Source: an uncultured Thermoplasmatales archaeon
GTDB taxonomy: Archaea > Thermoplasmatota > E2 > DHVEG-1 > B18-G2
Assembly (NCBI GenBank): GCA_964432835.1
Contig: CAYSPA010000001.1
Location: forward strand, 1-49,204
DNA length: 49,204 bases
Reading direction: 5' to 3'
Under the pieces are notes generated by a model. It was not told where the DNA came from and searched no databases. It saw only the letters and a program-made list of their open reading frames with translations. A program made the position numbers and the translations under genes. Shown piece after piece: positions 18,532 to 27,342 of this stretch. The stretch's first letter is position 1. Each line of letters begins with the position of its first letter.

Positions 18532-19152
18532 ATGAACAACAGAGTATTATTTCCTTTCTTTATCATTTTTCTTTTGATATCTCCAGTGATATATCCAGCC
18601 ATATCTGAAGGAGTTTATATGGAAAAGACGGTGAAAGAGAACGATGCTGAGGAGACAGAAAAGTTGGTTCATCATATCATAGTATTCCCATATTCACAAC
18701 CAATACCTCTGCAGATAATAAACCTCCTTTATATACATGGTGTGCAGTTCGGTACCGCTGATTTCTACGATATCACGGATGATGAACCGATAACCGTGCA
18801 TGTTAACTATTCGGTGATATGGCAGGATAACCACGCAGTACTCCTCAGTCGTTCCGAGAAGCATAGAATATCTACACACTATGCCTTTGCAATTGCACCA
18901 GATGCATTTGTCAGAGATATAAACAAAAAAATAAAAACACCGGTGGGTTTTTACACCCTCAGAATAGAACTATATGTTGAGGAAGATAATTCGAGTAAAG
19001 TTGTGGAAATACCTGGAGTGATGTTTTATTATATATGCATGCTATCAACCGGTCCATCTCTGCTCACCTATCTGAAGGTCGTTCTGAGCTATATACCATG
19101 GGTAAAGGAGTATCTGCACGATTTCATATACAGTAATGTCTGGGATCCATGA
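18532..19152 (+). CDS. Secreted/anchored hypothetical protein
   Basis: 206 aa with signal-like NNRVLFPFFIIFLLISPVIYPAISEG. The motif FYTLRIELYVEEDNS resembles FLKAELYNEKGE in 2388..2942. Lies 12 nt after the previous gene. Confidence 0.65.
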   Translation: MNNRVLFPFFIIFLLISPVIYPAISEGVYMEKTVKENDAEETEKLVHHIIVFPYSQPIPLQIINLLYIHGVQFGTADFYDITDDEPITVHVNYSVIWQDNHAVLLSRSEKHRISTHYAFAIAPDAFVRDINKKIKTPVGFYTLRIELYVEEDNSSKVVEIPGVMFYYICMLSTGPSLLTYLKVVLSYIPWVKEYLHDFIYSNVWDP

Positions 19153-19248
19153 CGTCAATATCCTGACATAGCATTTCCATGATTTGCAACTTTTTGACCT
19201 AAACGTGGATCAATATACCCTACAAGGGTGCACTTACTTTTGTTTGAG

Positions 19249-19256
19249 TATATAAA
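19249..19256 (+). promoter_or_regulatory. Strong TATA box (TATATAAA), candidate promoter for the nrdJ leader transcript
   Basis: It is the only good TATA element I see between 19153 and 19470. It predicts a TSS near 19280 and a leader of about 190 nt. Confidence 0.5.
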
Positions 19257-19309
19257 GATGCCATGGTTGATGTATCATTTAACAACGAAATAGAAAACCT
19301 CATTGCAGC

Positions 19310-19331
19310 ATCACGAGATAAAACTCGTGAT
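19310..19331 (+). other. Perfect 8-bp hairpin in the nrdJ leader
   Basis: ATCACGAG-ataaaa-CTCGTGAT, read directly from the sequence. Confidence 0.6.
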
Positions 19332-19392
19332 ATCTGAGTTGACAGCGCCTGAAACCAACCAAAATCATTAAATCTCGGTAGCCGCTTTTATC

Positions 19393-19456
19393 GATGGATG
19401 ATGAGCGAACCCTCGCTGAGCGTACAGCAATGATGAGGATCTTGAGTTCTGACATC
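19393..19456 (+). ncRNA. Candidate C/D-box sRNA (or K-turn element) in the nrdJ 5' leader
   Basis: GATG-g-[ATGATGA C box 19398-19404]-11 nt-[CTGA D' 19416-19419]-10 nt-[ATGATGA C' 19430-19436]-12 nt-[CTGA D 19449-19452]-CATC. The terminal 4-bp stem is GATG/CATC. C-to-D length is 55 nt. Caveat: the D' guide region can self-pair (AGCGA-accc-TCGCT). Confidence 0.55.
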
Positions 19457-19470
19457 TGAGAGGGGGTAGG

Positions 19471-22110
19471 ATGGGTAAAATAAAGAAAATAGAGAAGAGA
19501 GACGGGAGAATAGTTGATTTCGACCAGGAAAAAATAACAAACGCAATCTTTAAAGCGGCGCAGGCGGTGGGGGGCAGGGACAGAGAGAGAGCAAAATATC
19601 TATCGGACCAGGTAGTTAAGGAACTTGAGAAAAAATATGGAGAAAAGAGAATACCCACCGTCGAGGAAATCCAGGACATAGTTGAAAAGATACTGATAGA
19701 GCACGGTCATGCGAGAACCGCAAAGGCTTATATTCTCTACAGGCAGAAGAAAGCGGAGATAAGGGAAGAGAAGAAAAAAATCCTGAATAAAGAAAGTTTG
19801 GACGAGATAGACAAAAAGTTCAGTATAAATGCTCTCAGGGTACTTGCGTATCGCTATTTAATAAGGGATGAGGAAGGAAATATTATAGAATCTCCAAAAG
19901 AACTTTTCCAGAGGGTTGCGATCACCATTGTTCTACCCGAAATCCTGTACGATGAGAGGATTTACAGTAAAGATGGAGGTTACAAGCCACCTATAGCTTT
20001 GTCATCTTATCTCAGCAATCTCGATGCTCTCGATAGAAAGATAAGCATAGGTAAATACAAACTCACAAAATGGCATCTGGAGAGGTTCATCTCTGCCTAT
20101 GAAGAACTCGCAAACGAGGGGAAGATGAAGGTGAGCTTCGATGAACTCATGGCGATGTTGAAAAGTGGGGCTTTTGACAGGTATGAACAACTCGCAGACA
20201 AATACTTCGACCTGATGGTAAACCAGATTTTCTTACCAAACACACCAACTCTGGTCAATGCCGGAAGAAGGCTGGGGATGTTATCTGCATGCTTTACTCT
20301 CGACATAGAGGACAGCATAGAATCCATAATGGAAACGGCAAAGGAGGTTGCCCTCATCCAGAAGGCCGGCGGCGGCACGGGAATAAATTTCTCCAATATA
20401 AGACCGGAAGGGGATCTGGTAAAATCTACCATGGGAAAGGCATCCGGGCCGGTTTCATTCATGAAAATCATAGATGTCGTATCGGATGTCGTTAAACAGG
20501 GGGGTGTGAGAAGAGGGGCAAACATGGGTATTCTGGAGATATGGCATCCCGACATAGAAAAGTTCATTTCGGCAAAGGAGAGAGAGGGTATCTTGGAGAA
20601 TTTCAACATATCCGTTGGCATATGGGATGACTTCTGGGAGTATCTTGCCAACAATGCGAATTATCCCCTGATCAATCCAAGAACCAGAAAGGTGTGGAAG
20701 GAAGTTAATGCAAACACCCTGTTTCATTCAATAGCGTACCATGCTTGGTTATCCGCTGACCCAGGAGTTCTGTTCTTTGACAATATAAACAGAAGAAACA
20801 TTCTGATGAATGCGAGAGGTGGCCCTATAAGAGTGACAAACCCGTGTGGAGAGGAGCCACTGTATCCATACGAATCCTGCAATCTTGCAAGCATAAATGT
20901 TGCAAAATTTGTCAAGAAGGAAGGAGGGGGAGAGGAGTTTGACTGGGAATTTTTCAGAGAAGTTATACATCTCGCCACAAGAGCACTTGACAATCTGATA
21001 ACGATAAACAACTATCCCGTAAAAGCCATTGATAGGGCAACCAAGGAAACAAGGAGGATAGGTCTCGGAATAATGGGACTCGCCGACCTTCTGTTCAAAC
21101 TGGGCATAAGATACAATTCTGAAGAGGGTTTTGATTTCATGAGGAAGCTGGCGGAATTCCTGACATACAATGCATATGAGGAATCTGTGAAACTCGCTCG
21201 TGAGAGGGGAGAGTTTCCGCTGTTCAGAGAAACCGACTATCCGGAAGGAAAACTTCCTATAGAAATCTACTACCGGAGAGAACTCTGGAGCCAGGACTGG
21301 GATAAACTCGTTACGAAGATAAGGAAATACGGTCTCAGAAATGCGATGGTCACCACGATGGCACCCACGGGTTCGATATCAATGATAGCGGATACAAGCA
21401 ACGGAATAGAGCCAATATTCGCCCTCGTTTACGAAAAGAAGGTAACTGCCGGAACGTTCTTCTATGTTGATCCCGTTTTTGAGGAAAAACTCAAGGAAAG
21501 AGGTCTGTACAGTGAAGAATTGCTTAAGAAGATAGCCGAGAACCACGGTAGCATACAGGGTCTGAACGAAATCCCGAAAAGTTTGAGGGAGGTTTTTGTG
21601 ACATCCTATGATATCCACTGGCTTGACCATCTCGTGGCTCAATCCGTTCTGCAGATGGCCACGACCGATTCGATCTCCAAGACGATTAACATGCCCAACG
21701 ATGTTAGTGTTGAAGATGTGAAGCAGGCTTATCTAATCGCTCACGCTCTCGGATGCAAGGGAGTCACGATATACAGGGATGGTTCAAAGAGCAAACAGGT
21801 TCTGACAGTACCCTCGAGCAGGGAAGCGAAATACAGAGCAAAACCCTCAAAGTATGCGATAAAACTGTTGAGAGAAATCCTGGACAAGAACAAATGGATG
21901 AAGAGATACATAAAAATCAGGGAGGAGGGTAAGGATATCGAGGTCAAGCCTCCGGTGATTTCAGCAGAAGAAGGGGTGGAGAGAGAAAAAATCCCGAAGA
22001 GAAGCGAGAAGGTGGAGAGATGTCCGATCTGTGGAAGCATATATCTCATCCATGAGGGAAACTGCGTGGTTTGTAAGGAATGTGGGTGGAATGAGTGCAT
22101 CGTTGCATAA
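19471..22110 (+). CDS. nrdJ: Adenosylcobalamin-dependent ribonucleoside-triphosphate/diphosphate reductase (class II) with N-terminal ATP-cone and C-terminal zinc ribbon
   Basis: 879 aa. ATP-cone (KRDGRIVDFDQEKITNAIFKA), class II core motifs (LSACFTL, GGGTGINFSNIRPEG, NPCGEEPL, TMAPTGSIS), C-terminal CPICGS...CVVCKECG. GAGAGGGGG SD upstream. Confidence 0.9.
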   Translation: MGKIKKIEKRDGRIVDFDQEKITNAIFKAAQAVGGRDRERAKYLSDQVVKELEKKYGEKRIPTVEEIQDIVEKILIEHGHARTAKAYILYRQKKAEIREEKKKILNKESLDEIDKKFSINALRVLAYRYLIRDEEGNIIESPKELFQRVAITIVLPEILYDERIYSKDGGYKPPIALSSYLSNLDALDRKISIGKYKLTKWHLERFISAYEELANEGKMKVSFDELMAMLKSGAFDRYEQLADKYFDLMVNQIFLPNTPTLVNAGRRLGMLSACFTLDIEDSIESIMETAKEVALIQKAGGGTGINFSNIRPEGDLVKSTMGKASGPVSFMKIIDVVSDVVKQGGVRRGANMGILEIWHPDIEKFISAKEREGILENFNISVGIWDDFWEYLANNANYPLINPRTRKVWKEVNANTLFHSIAYHAWLSADPGVLFFDNINRRNILMNARGGPIRVTNPCGEEPLYPYESCNLASINVAKFVKKEGGGEEFDWEFFREVIHLATRALDNLITINNYPVKAIDRATKETRRIGLGIMGLADLLFKLGIRYNSEEGFDFMRKLAEFLTYNAYEESVKLARERGEFPLFRETDYPEGKLPIEIYYRRELWSQDWDKLVTKIRKYGLRNAMVTTMAPTGSISMIADTSNGIEPIFALVYEKKVTAGTFFYVDPVFEEKLKERGLYSEELLKKIAENHGSIQGLNEIPKSLREVFVTSYDIHWLDHLVAQSVLQMATTDSISKTINMPNDVSVEDVKQAYLIAHALGCKGVTIYRDGSKSKQVLTVPSSREAKYRAKPSKYAIKLLREILDKNKWMKRYIKIREEGKDIEVKPPVISAEEGVEREKIPKRSEKVERCPICGSIYLIHEGNCVVCKECGWNECIVA

Positions 22111-22621
22111 AGATGAGAAGGGAAGGGTCATGGTTTTCACCGGCGAGGGTCAGGGTAAAACTACCGCAGCCCTTGGAATGGCGCTCAGAAGCGTGGCTCA
22201 TGGTAAAAGAGTTGTCATTATCCAGTTTATGAAGGGATGGGAAAATACGGGAGAATACATGATAAGGAAGATTCTACCCAACTACGAGATATACCAGTTC
22301 GGGAGAAGAAAATTCGTTAATCTGGAAAAACCCGATGAGGAGGATATGCAGAGAGCCAGGGAAGCCATTTCGTTTGCAAAGAAAAAAATCGAAGAAAAAC
22401 CATTCCTCATGATACTGGATGAGGTGAACATAGCCGTTCATACCGGTTTAATAGAAGTTGATGATGTTGTGGATTTAATAAAAAATAAACCAGAAGAAAC
22501 CAACCTCATCCTCACCGGAAGATACGCAAATGAAAAAGTTATAGAACTGGCAGATATTGTCACCGAAATGAAAGAGATCAAAAGAACCGAAATAGTGAGC
22601 GTAGAGGGCATAGAGTATTGA
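22091..22621 (+). CDS. cobA: Cob(I)yrinic acid a,c-diamide / cob(I)alamin adenosyltransferase (CobA/CobO/BtuR type)
   Basis: GRVMVFTGEGQGKTTAALGMALRSVAHGKRVVIIQFMKG is the CobA-type P-loop region. Start ambiguous: 22091 (overlapping the nrdJ end) or 22130. Confidence 0.85.
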   Translation: MSASLHKDEKGRVMVFTGEGQGKTTAALGMALRSVAHGKRVVIIQFMKGWENTGEYMIRKILPNYEIYQFGRRKFVNLEKPDEEDMQRAREAISFAKKKIEEKPFLMILDEVNIAVHTGLIEVDDVVDLIKNKPEETNLILTGRYANEKVIELADIVTEMKEIKRTEIVSVEGIEY

Positions 22622-22630
22622 GGTGTTATT

Positions 22631-23557
22631 GTGAACAAAAACTATGAACTTGCAATCATAGGGGCGGGCGCCGCGGGATGCACCGCGGCAATCTATGCTG
22701 GCAGGTCGGGAGTTAAAACCGTGGTTTTCGACAGAGGTTCTGGTGGAGGTTTGATGTTTACGGCACCAAAGATAGAAAATTACCCGGGATTTAAGGAGAT
22801 AACGGGAATGGAGCTGGCAACCAGATTCGTTGAGCATGCCAGACGGTATGCGGATATTCATCTGGGCGAGGAAGTTAAGAACATCACAAAAACAAATGAT
22901 GCTTTTCTGATAGAGACCGATAAAGATATCTATGAAATCAAGGCAGTTATACTTTCTACGGGCAGTAACCCCCGAAAATTGGGTGTTGATGGAGAGGAAA
23001 AACTGGCGGGAAAGGGAGTAAGCTACTGTGCAACCTGTGATGGTTTCTTCTTCAGAGGGAAAAAGGTTGCCGTCGTTGGCGGAGGAAACACCGCTCTTCT
23101 CGATGCCATCTATCTCAAACAAATCGGCTGCAAGGAAGTCTATCTCATACACAGGAGGGATGCATTGAGGGGAGAAAAAGCTCTCCAGATAGAGGCTGAG
23201 GAAAAAGGAATAAAAATCCTTTTGAGCAGAAAGGTCAAGAAGATAGAGGGCAGAGAGAATCTCGAGAGTATAGTTATGGAAAATATTGACGATGGCAAAG
23301 AAGAAACTCTTGATATCGATGGAGTATTCATAGCAGTCGGAGAAGAACCGGAAAACAAACTGGCAAAGATGCTGAATCTGGATATGGATGAAGAGGGATA
23401 TGTCAAGGTTGATAGGTTTCAGAGAACCAGTGTGAGAGGAGTATATGCGGCTGGAGATATAACAGGTGGCATCAGACAGGTTATAACATCTGCTGCCGAA
23501 GGCGCAATAGCGGCGCTGACATCCCTCGAGGTGCTCGGGAAGAAGTATCCGTACTGA
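22631..23557 (+). CDS. trxB: Thioredoxin-disulfide reductase
   Basis: 308 aa, GTG start. FAD motif IIGAGAAGCTAA, redox-active CATCDG, NAD(P) motif VVGGGNTA, C-terminal AAGDITGG. Confidence 0.9.
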   Translation: MNKNYELAIIGAGAAGCTAAIYAGRSGVKTVVFDRGSGGGLMFTAPKIENYPGFKEITGMELATRFVEHARRYADIHLGEEVKNITKTNDAFLIETDKDIYEIKAVILSTGSNPRKLGVDGEEKLAGKGVSYCATCDGFFFRGKKVAVVGGGNTALLDAIYLKQIGCKEVYLIHRRDALRGEKALQIEAEEKGIKILLSRKVKKIEGRENLESIVMENIDDGKEETLDIDGVFIAVGEEPENKLAKMLNLDMDEEGYVKVDRFQRTSVRGVYAAGDITGGIRQVITSAAEGAIAALTSLEVLGKKYPY

Positions 23558-23559
23558 TA

Positions 23560-26500
23560 TTATATACGGGTTATCTCCTCATACATCTCTCGCAGAGCAT
23601 CTCTGTAATCGAGTTTGCCCTCCTCTATTTCGTCTATCTTTCTGTAAAGCACGCGCGTCCTATCTTCGGAAACAAAATCGCGGTATCTGCTGTTTAGATA
23701 GTGATTTACTCTCTTGCCGAGGGATGTCGAAAACAGAAGCCTGTTCCTCTCATAAATGTACTTCCTTTCGAACAGTTTTTCCAGGATGGTGGCATAGGTC
23801 GAGGGTCTTCCCAGACCTCTCTCCTTCATCAATCTAACAACATCCGCCTGAGTGTAGGGATACCCCTCTGGAACAAATCTCGTTTCAACCCTTGTTCTGT
23901 ACTTCCCGACGGGTATCTCTCTCTTGAGGTGTACGTTTCGATATAGGTCAAACGCCCTGCCGCTTGCGGCAACTATTCTTTCATCCTCGATCTCTCTTCC
24001 ATCTATCTTTATGAGATAACTCTTAACCCTGACGGTGAAATCTCTGCACTGACTTGCCATGAACCTTTTGAAAATCAAATCGTACAGTGCCAGATGTTTC
24101 TTTGTTATATTTTCTGGAGATATCACCCGCTCGTAAATCATTCTCTGCAGCATATATCTATCCCATGCCCTGGTTGGTCTTATGCACTCGTGAGCTCCCT
24201 CATCTGCGCCGGTGCCCCATCGTCTGCCTTGAAAATCATCGCCCAGATACTCTCTGGCAATCCTGAGACCAACATCACTCACTCTATTTGAATCTGTTCT
24301 GTGGTATGTTATGAGACCATTCTCGAAGAGGTCCTGTGCCAGTTTCATGGTTTCGCCGGATGAGAGTTTGAGGATTCTGCTGGCATCTCTGAGGAGTTCA
24401 TCCGTTGTGTGTGGTGGAAGAGGGGATCTCAACTCTTCTCTATCAGAGGAAAGGATAACCTCCACATCCACCTCTTTATCAAAATCTCCCTCAACCTCTA
24501 TATCCAGTTCGGGCAGGATATTGACCTTTCTTCTCTTCCTGTATTTGTTCTCCTGTTCGATAATCCAGCCCAGAACGGGCGTCTGCACCCTGCCGGCGGA
24601 GAGATTCGTTTTGTTGAATTTTTCCCATAACTTATGTGATAGAGTAAAGCCGATCCATCTATCCTCAATCCTTCTCACGATCTGGGCTTTGACCCTGTTC
24701 AGGTCTATATCCCTGAGGTTCTGAAGAGCCTCTCTTATGGCTCTTGCGGTAACCTCGTGAAATTCCGCTCTTTTCACTTCGGCCAGTGGGGAAACGAAAT
24801 TATGAATATCCCATGCTATCTTCTCCCCCTCAGCATCGGGGTCTGTCCCGATTATCACCAATCCCGCCTGCGATGCCAGTTTTCTGATATCTTCTATCCT
24901 GTCCTTAGAGTCAAGAATATCATTGCTTCCACATTTCGGGCAGGCGCCCTCTGATGTGTACTGATAGTTGCATTTTTTACATCTCTTGATGGAAGAATAG
25001 ATCGGCACAAAATCCTCTCCAATCTCCACGCCGTAAAAGCCTCTATCCGTGGAGAGGTCAACAACGTGACCAAGACATGCTGTCACGATGAGAATGAACT
25101 TTTCTGTGGGGATTTCATATGCAATTATACTCCCATATATCTTCACGCTGGGCTTTCCAAAGAATCTCGATATGAGCCGGGCTTTTGTCGGGCTTTCAAC
25201 TATAAACAGGGCGGGTCTTATTAGATCAATACTTTCAACCTTTCTGCTCCTGCTTTCCTCGATCTCTCTCCTTAAACTTTCAAAATCGACATCTTTGAGA
25301 TTTTTTATCTCGATGTCATAGTACGATGCCCTTTCCCTGAATGCCCGGATGACTTTTTCGTTATTTTCAAATATAAAGGAAGCACCTTTCGTTAGACCTC
25401 TCACGGTTAATCTCGAAGCCCTGCCGGAACCCTGAATATACGTTCTCACATCCGGGAAGATTATGTGCTTTCCCTCAATAACAAAATCCCTGCTAACATC
25501 CTCTTTATAAATCTCTCTTATCAGCTCTTTAAGTTCCTGTATTTTATCCGGATAATTTTCCAGTTTTGGTAGAATTGGAAGATAATCTCTTATCCTCTCA
25601 TCATCCTTTGCTGAAAGTGCCAGTATTCTGAGCAGAGAGGGCGATATTCTATCGTAATCCGTTCTTATAACGGGTACACCGATGAAAATCACGTATCTTA
25701 TCTTTTCCGGCAAATCCAGACCCCTCACAAGAGTACCATAGTGTGATGCCGTACCTATCAGAAAGTCAACCTCGCCATTTTCAAACTTCTCATATTCGTT
25801 CTTTTTCTTCGATATGGATATCCCTATCCTGAAGTGCTTTTTTAACTCTTCATAGTACTTTTCAGCTTCTTCGGAAGACCTTGCATATATGATGCCTCCC
25901 TTCCCCATGGTTCTCATGACCTCTCTTATTGCATTTACATCTTCTCTGCCCACGAATATGTCTTCTATATTTCTTATGGAGAAGAAAGAAGAGCCAACGT
26001 CGAAATCCAGCAACTCTCTGAAGAGGATGGTTGCCCTTCCCTTCTTTGCCGTTGCGGTCGAGACCATCAGCACGCCTTTTCTCTCTCCCTTCCATTCCTT
26101 TCCCACTTTTCTGAAACCCAATAGAGAAAGAATCCTGTCCACATTTCTCGATGCCTTCAGTATGGCATCGACATCATCAACGAAGATGAAATCAAAAACA
26201 AAGTCCTTCAGCATATCAAAATTTCTGGATAGAAACTGTGTCGTTGTTACCAGTATCTCAAATTTCCCTTCTTTCACGATGCTCTCAAACTTTTCCCTCT
26301 CCTTTTTTCCCAACTTCCCATGATAGAATGCTATTCTGACATCACCGTCATCATTTATCCCGATACTCTTTCCCATTTTTTCGCAGAACCTTTCCAGATT
26401 CTCTTTGCACTGCTTTGCAAGAATCGTCGTTGGAACCAGTATGTAACTTCTTTTTCCTTTCAGAGAAAAGAAAAGAGAGACCACCAGCCCAAAAACCGTC

Positions 26501-26751
26501 TTACCTATGCCGGTGGGCGCAACCGCAGCAAAACTTTCCCCCCTGGATATCCTCCTTATCCAGAACCTCTGAATCTCTCTCGGCTTCCCTATTACATCCC
26601 TGAATAGATTTTCTATTTCATCTTCTATCTTGTTATGGTAAACCGATGGCAGAGGTTTTCCCTTGATCAAACACTTTCCCGCATCTATATCCCTGTCTCT
26701 CAAATCGCTGCCACACACTGGACAGAGATTCTCGTAGACCGCCGGAAGCAT
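23560..26751 (-). CDS. rgy: Reverse gyrase
   Basis: 1063 aa. N-terminal zinc finger CPVCGS, helicase motifs APTGIGKT and FVDDVD, internal zinc ribbon CKKCN...CPKCGS, topoisomerase IA domain with TOPRIM IIGTDPDAEGEKIAWD and active-site GLITYHRTDS. Confidence 0.95.
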   Translation of the reverse strand: MLPAVYENLCPVCGSDLRDRDIDAGKCLIKGKPLPSVYHNKIEDEIENLFRDVIGKPREIQRFWIRRISRGESFAAVAPTGIGKTVFGLVVSLFFSLKGKRSYILVPTTILAKQCKENLERFCEKMGKSIGINDDGDVRIAFYHGKLGKKEREKFESIVKEGKFEILVTTTQFLSRNFDMLKDFVFDFIFVDDVDAILKASRNVDRILSLLGFRKVGKEWKGERKGVLMVSTATAKKGRATILFRELLDFDVGSSFFSIRNIEDIFVGREDVNAIREVMRTMGKGGIIYARSSEEAEKYYEELKKHFRIGISISKKKNEYEKFENGEVDFLIGTASHYGTLVRGLDLPEKIRYVIFIGVPVIRTDYDRISPSLLRILALSAKDDERIRDYLPILPKLENYPDKIQELKELIREIYKEDVSRDFVIEGKHIIFPDVRTYIQGSGRASRLTVRGLTKGASFIFENNEKVIRAFRERASYYDIEIKNLKDVDFESLRREIEESRSRKVESIDLIRPALFIVESPTKARLISRFFGKPSVKIYGSIIAYEIPTEKFILIVTACLGHVVDLSTDRGFYGVEIGEDFVPIYSSIKRCKKCNYQYTSEGACPKCGSNDILDSKDRIEDIRKLASQAGLVIIGTDPDAEGEKIAWDIHNFVSPLAEVKRAEFHEVTARAIREALQNLRDIDLNRVKAQIVRRIEDRWIGFTLSHKLWEKFNKTNLSAGRVQTPVLGWIIEQENKYRKRRKVNILPELDIEVEGDFDKEVDVEVILSSDREELRSPLPPHTTDELLRDASRILKLSSGETMKLAQDLFENGLITYHRTDSNRVSDVGLRIAREYLGDDFQGRRWGTGADEGAHECIRPTRAWDRYMLQRMIYERVISPENITKKHLALYDLIFKRFMASQCRDFTVRVKSYLIKIDGREIEDERIVAASGRAFDLYRNVHLKREIPVGKYRTRVETRFVPEGYPYTQADVVRLMKERGLGRPSTYATILEKLFERKYIYERNRLLFSTSLGKRVNHYLNSRYRDFVSEDRTRVLYRKIDEIEEGKLDYRDALREMYEEITRI

Positions 26752-26753
26752 GA

Positions 26754-27341
26754 TTAACCGATAACCTCTTTTATCTTTCTTAAAACTTCTGCCGGACTGT
26801 TCACTGGAAACTCCATCTTCTCGATAATTTCCTCAAAGGGTTTGCCCTTTATCATCACGCCTTTCAATCTTTCCATGAGCTGTTCTCTGTCGAGCGGAAA
26901 GTCAGCGCCTCTCAATCTCGTCAGAACCTTTATCGCCCAGTCCACACCGAGAACCTCTAATTCATTCTGTTTCATCGTTATTCTCCCTTCCTTCTTCACC
27001 CTCTCGTAAGCGAGTTTTGCTATGCCTCCAGCCTTGTGCTCATCCACCTTTTCGACCTCACCCTTTATGTATCTCTCAACCTCCTCCGCATCCGCTCTGA
27101 GTATGTTCTGTACGGTTTGCGGAGTCAATCCGAGGTCAAATGCTATTTCCTTGTGCGTTTTCATCAGTTCTTCCTTCATAACCACAGCATATGCCGCCTC
27201 CGCCAGGCTTGGTAGCCAAGTGAGATTTCTGTACTCTATGAGTTTTCTGAGTCCACCCAGTATGTTTATGGATTCGTAAAACACCTGCTCCGCCAAAGCA
27301 TCAATATCTATATCCTTCACCGGGGCGTTTATAACCTCCAT
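26754..27341 (-). CDS. Putative HTH regulatory protein
   Basis: 195 aa with an HTH-like segment THKEIAFDLGLTPQTVQNILR. Lies 2 nt upstream of rgy and 1 nt downstream of the KaiC-like gene. Family not securely recognised. Confidence 0.55.
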   Translation of the reverse strand: MEVINAPVKDIDIDALAEQVFYESINILGGLRKLIEYRNLTWLPSLAEAAYAVVMKEELMKTHKEIAFDLGLTPQTVQNILRADAEEVERYIKGEVEKVDEHKAGGIAKLAYERVKKEGRITMKQNELEVLGVDWAIKVLTRLRGADFPLDREQLMERLKGVMIKGKPFEEIIEKMEFPVNSPAEVLRKIKEVIG

Positions 27342-27342
27342 C

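Noticed and set aside
19153-19470. Possible cobalamin riboswitch upstream of the B12-dependent RNR.
   Set aside because: I could not find a B12-box-like core or the multi-stem architecture. The region is AT-rich apart from the C/D-like element. Only an Infernal scan could settle it.
19368-19679. 103-aa minus-strand ORF spanning the nrdJ start.
   Set aside because: It is antisense to the nrdJ ATP-cone and to the leader, with a serine/leucine-rich low-complexity translation.
22475-23152. 225-aa minus-strand ORF.
   Set aside because: It is antisense to cobA and trxB, which carry unambiguous motifs.
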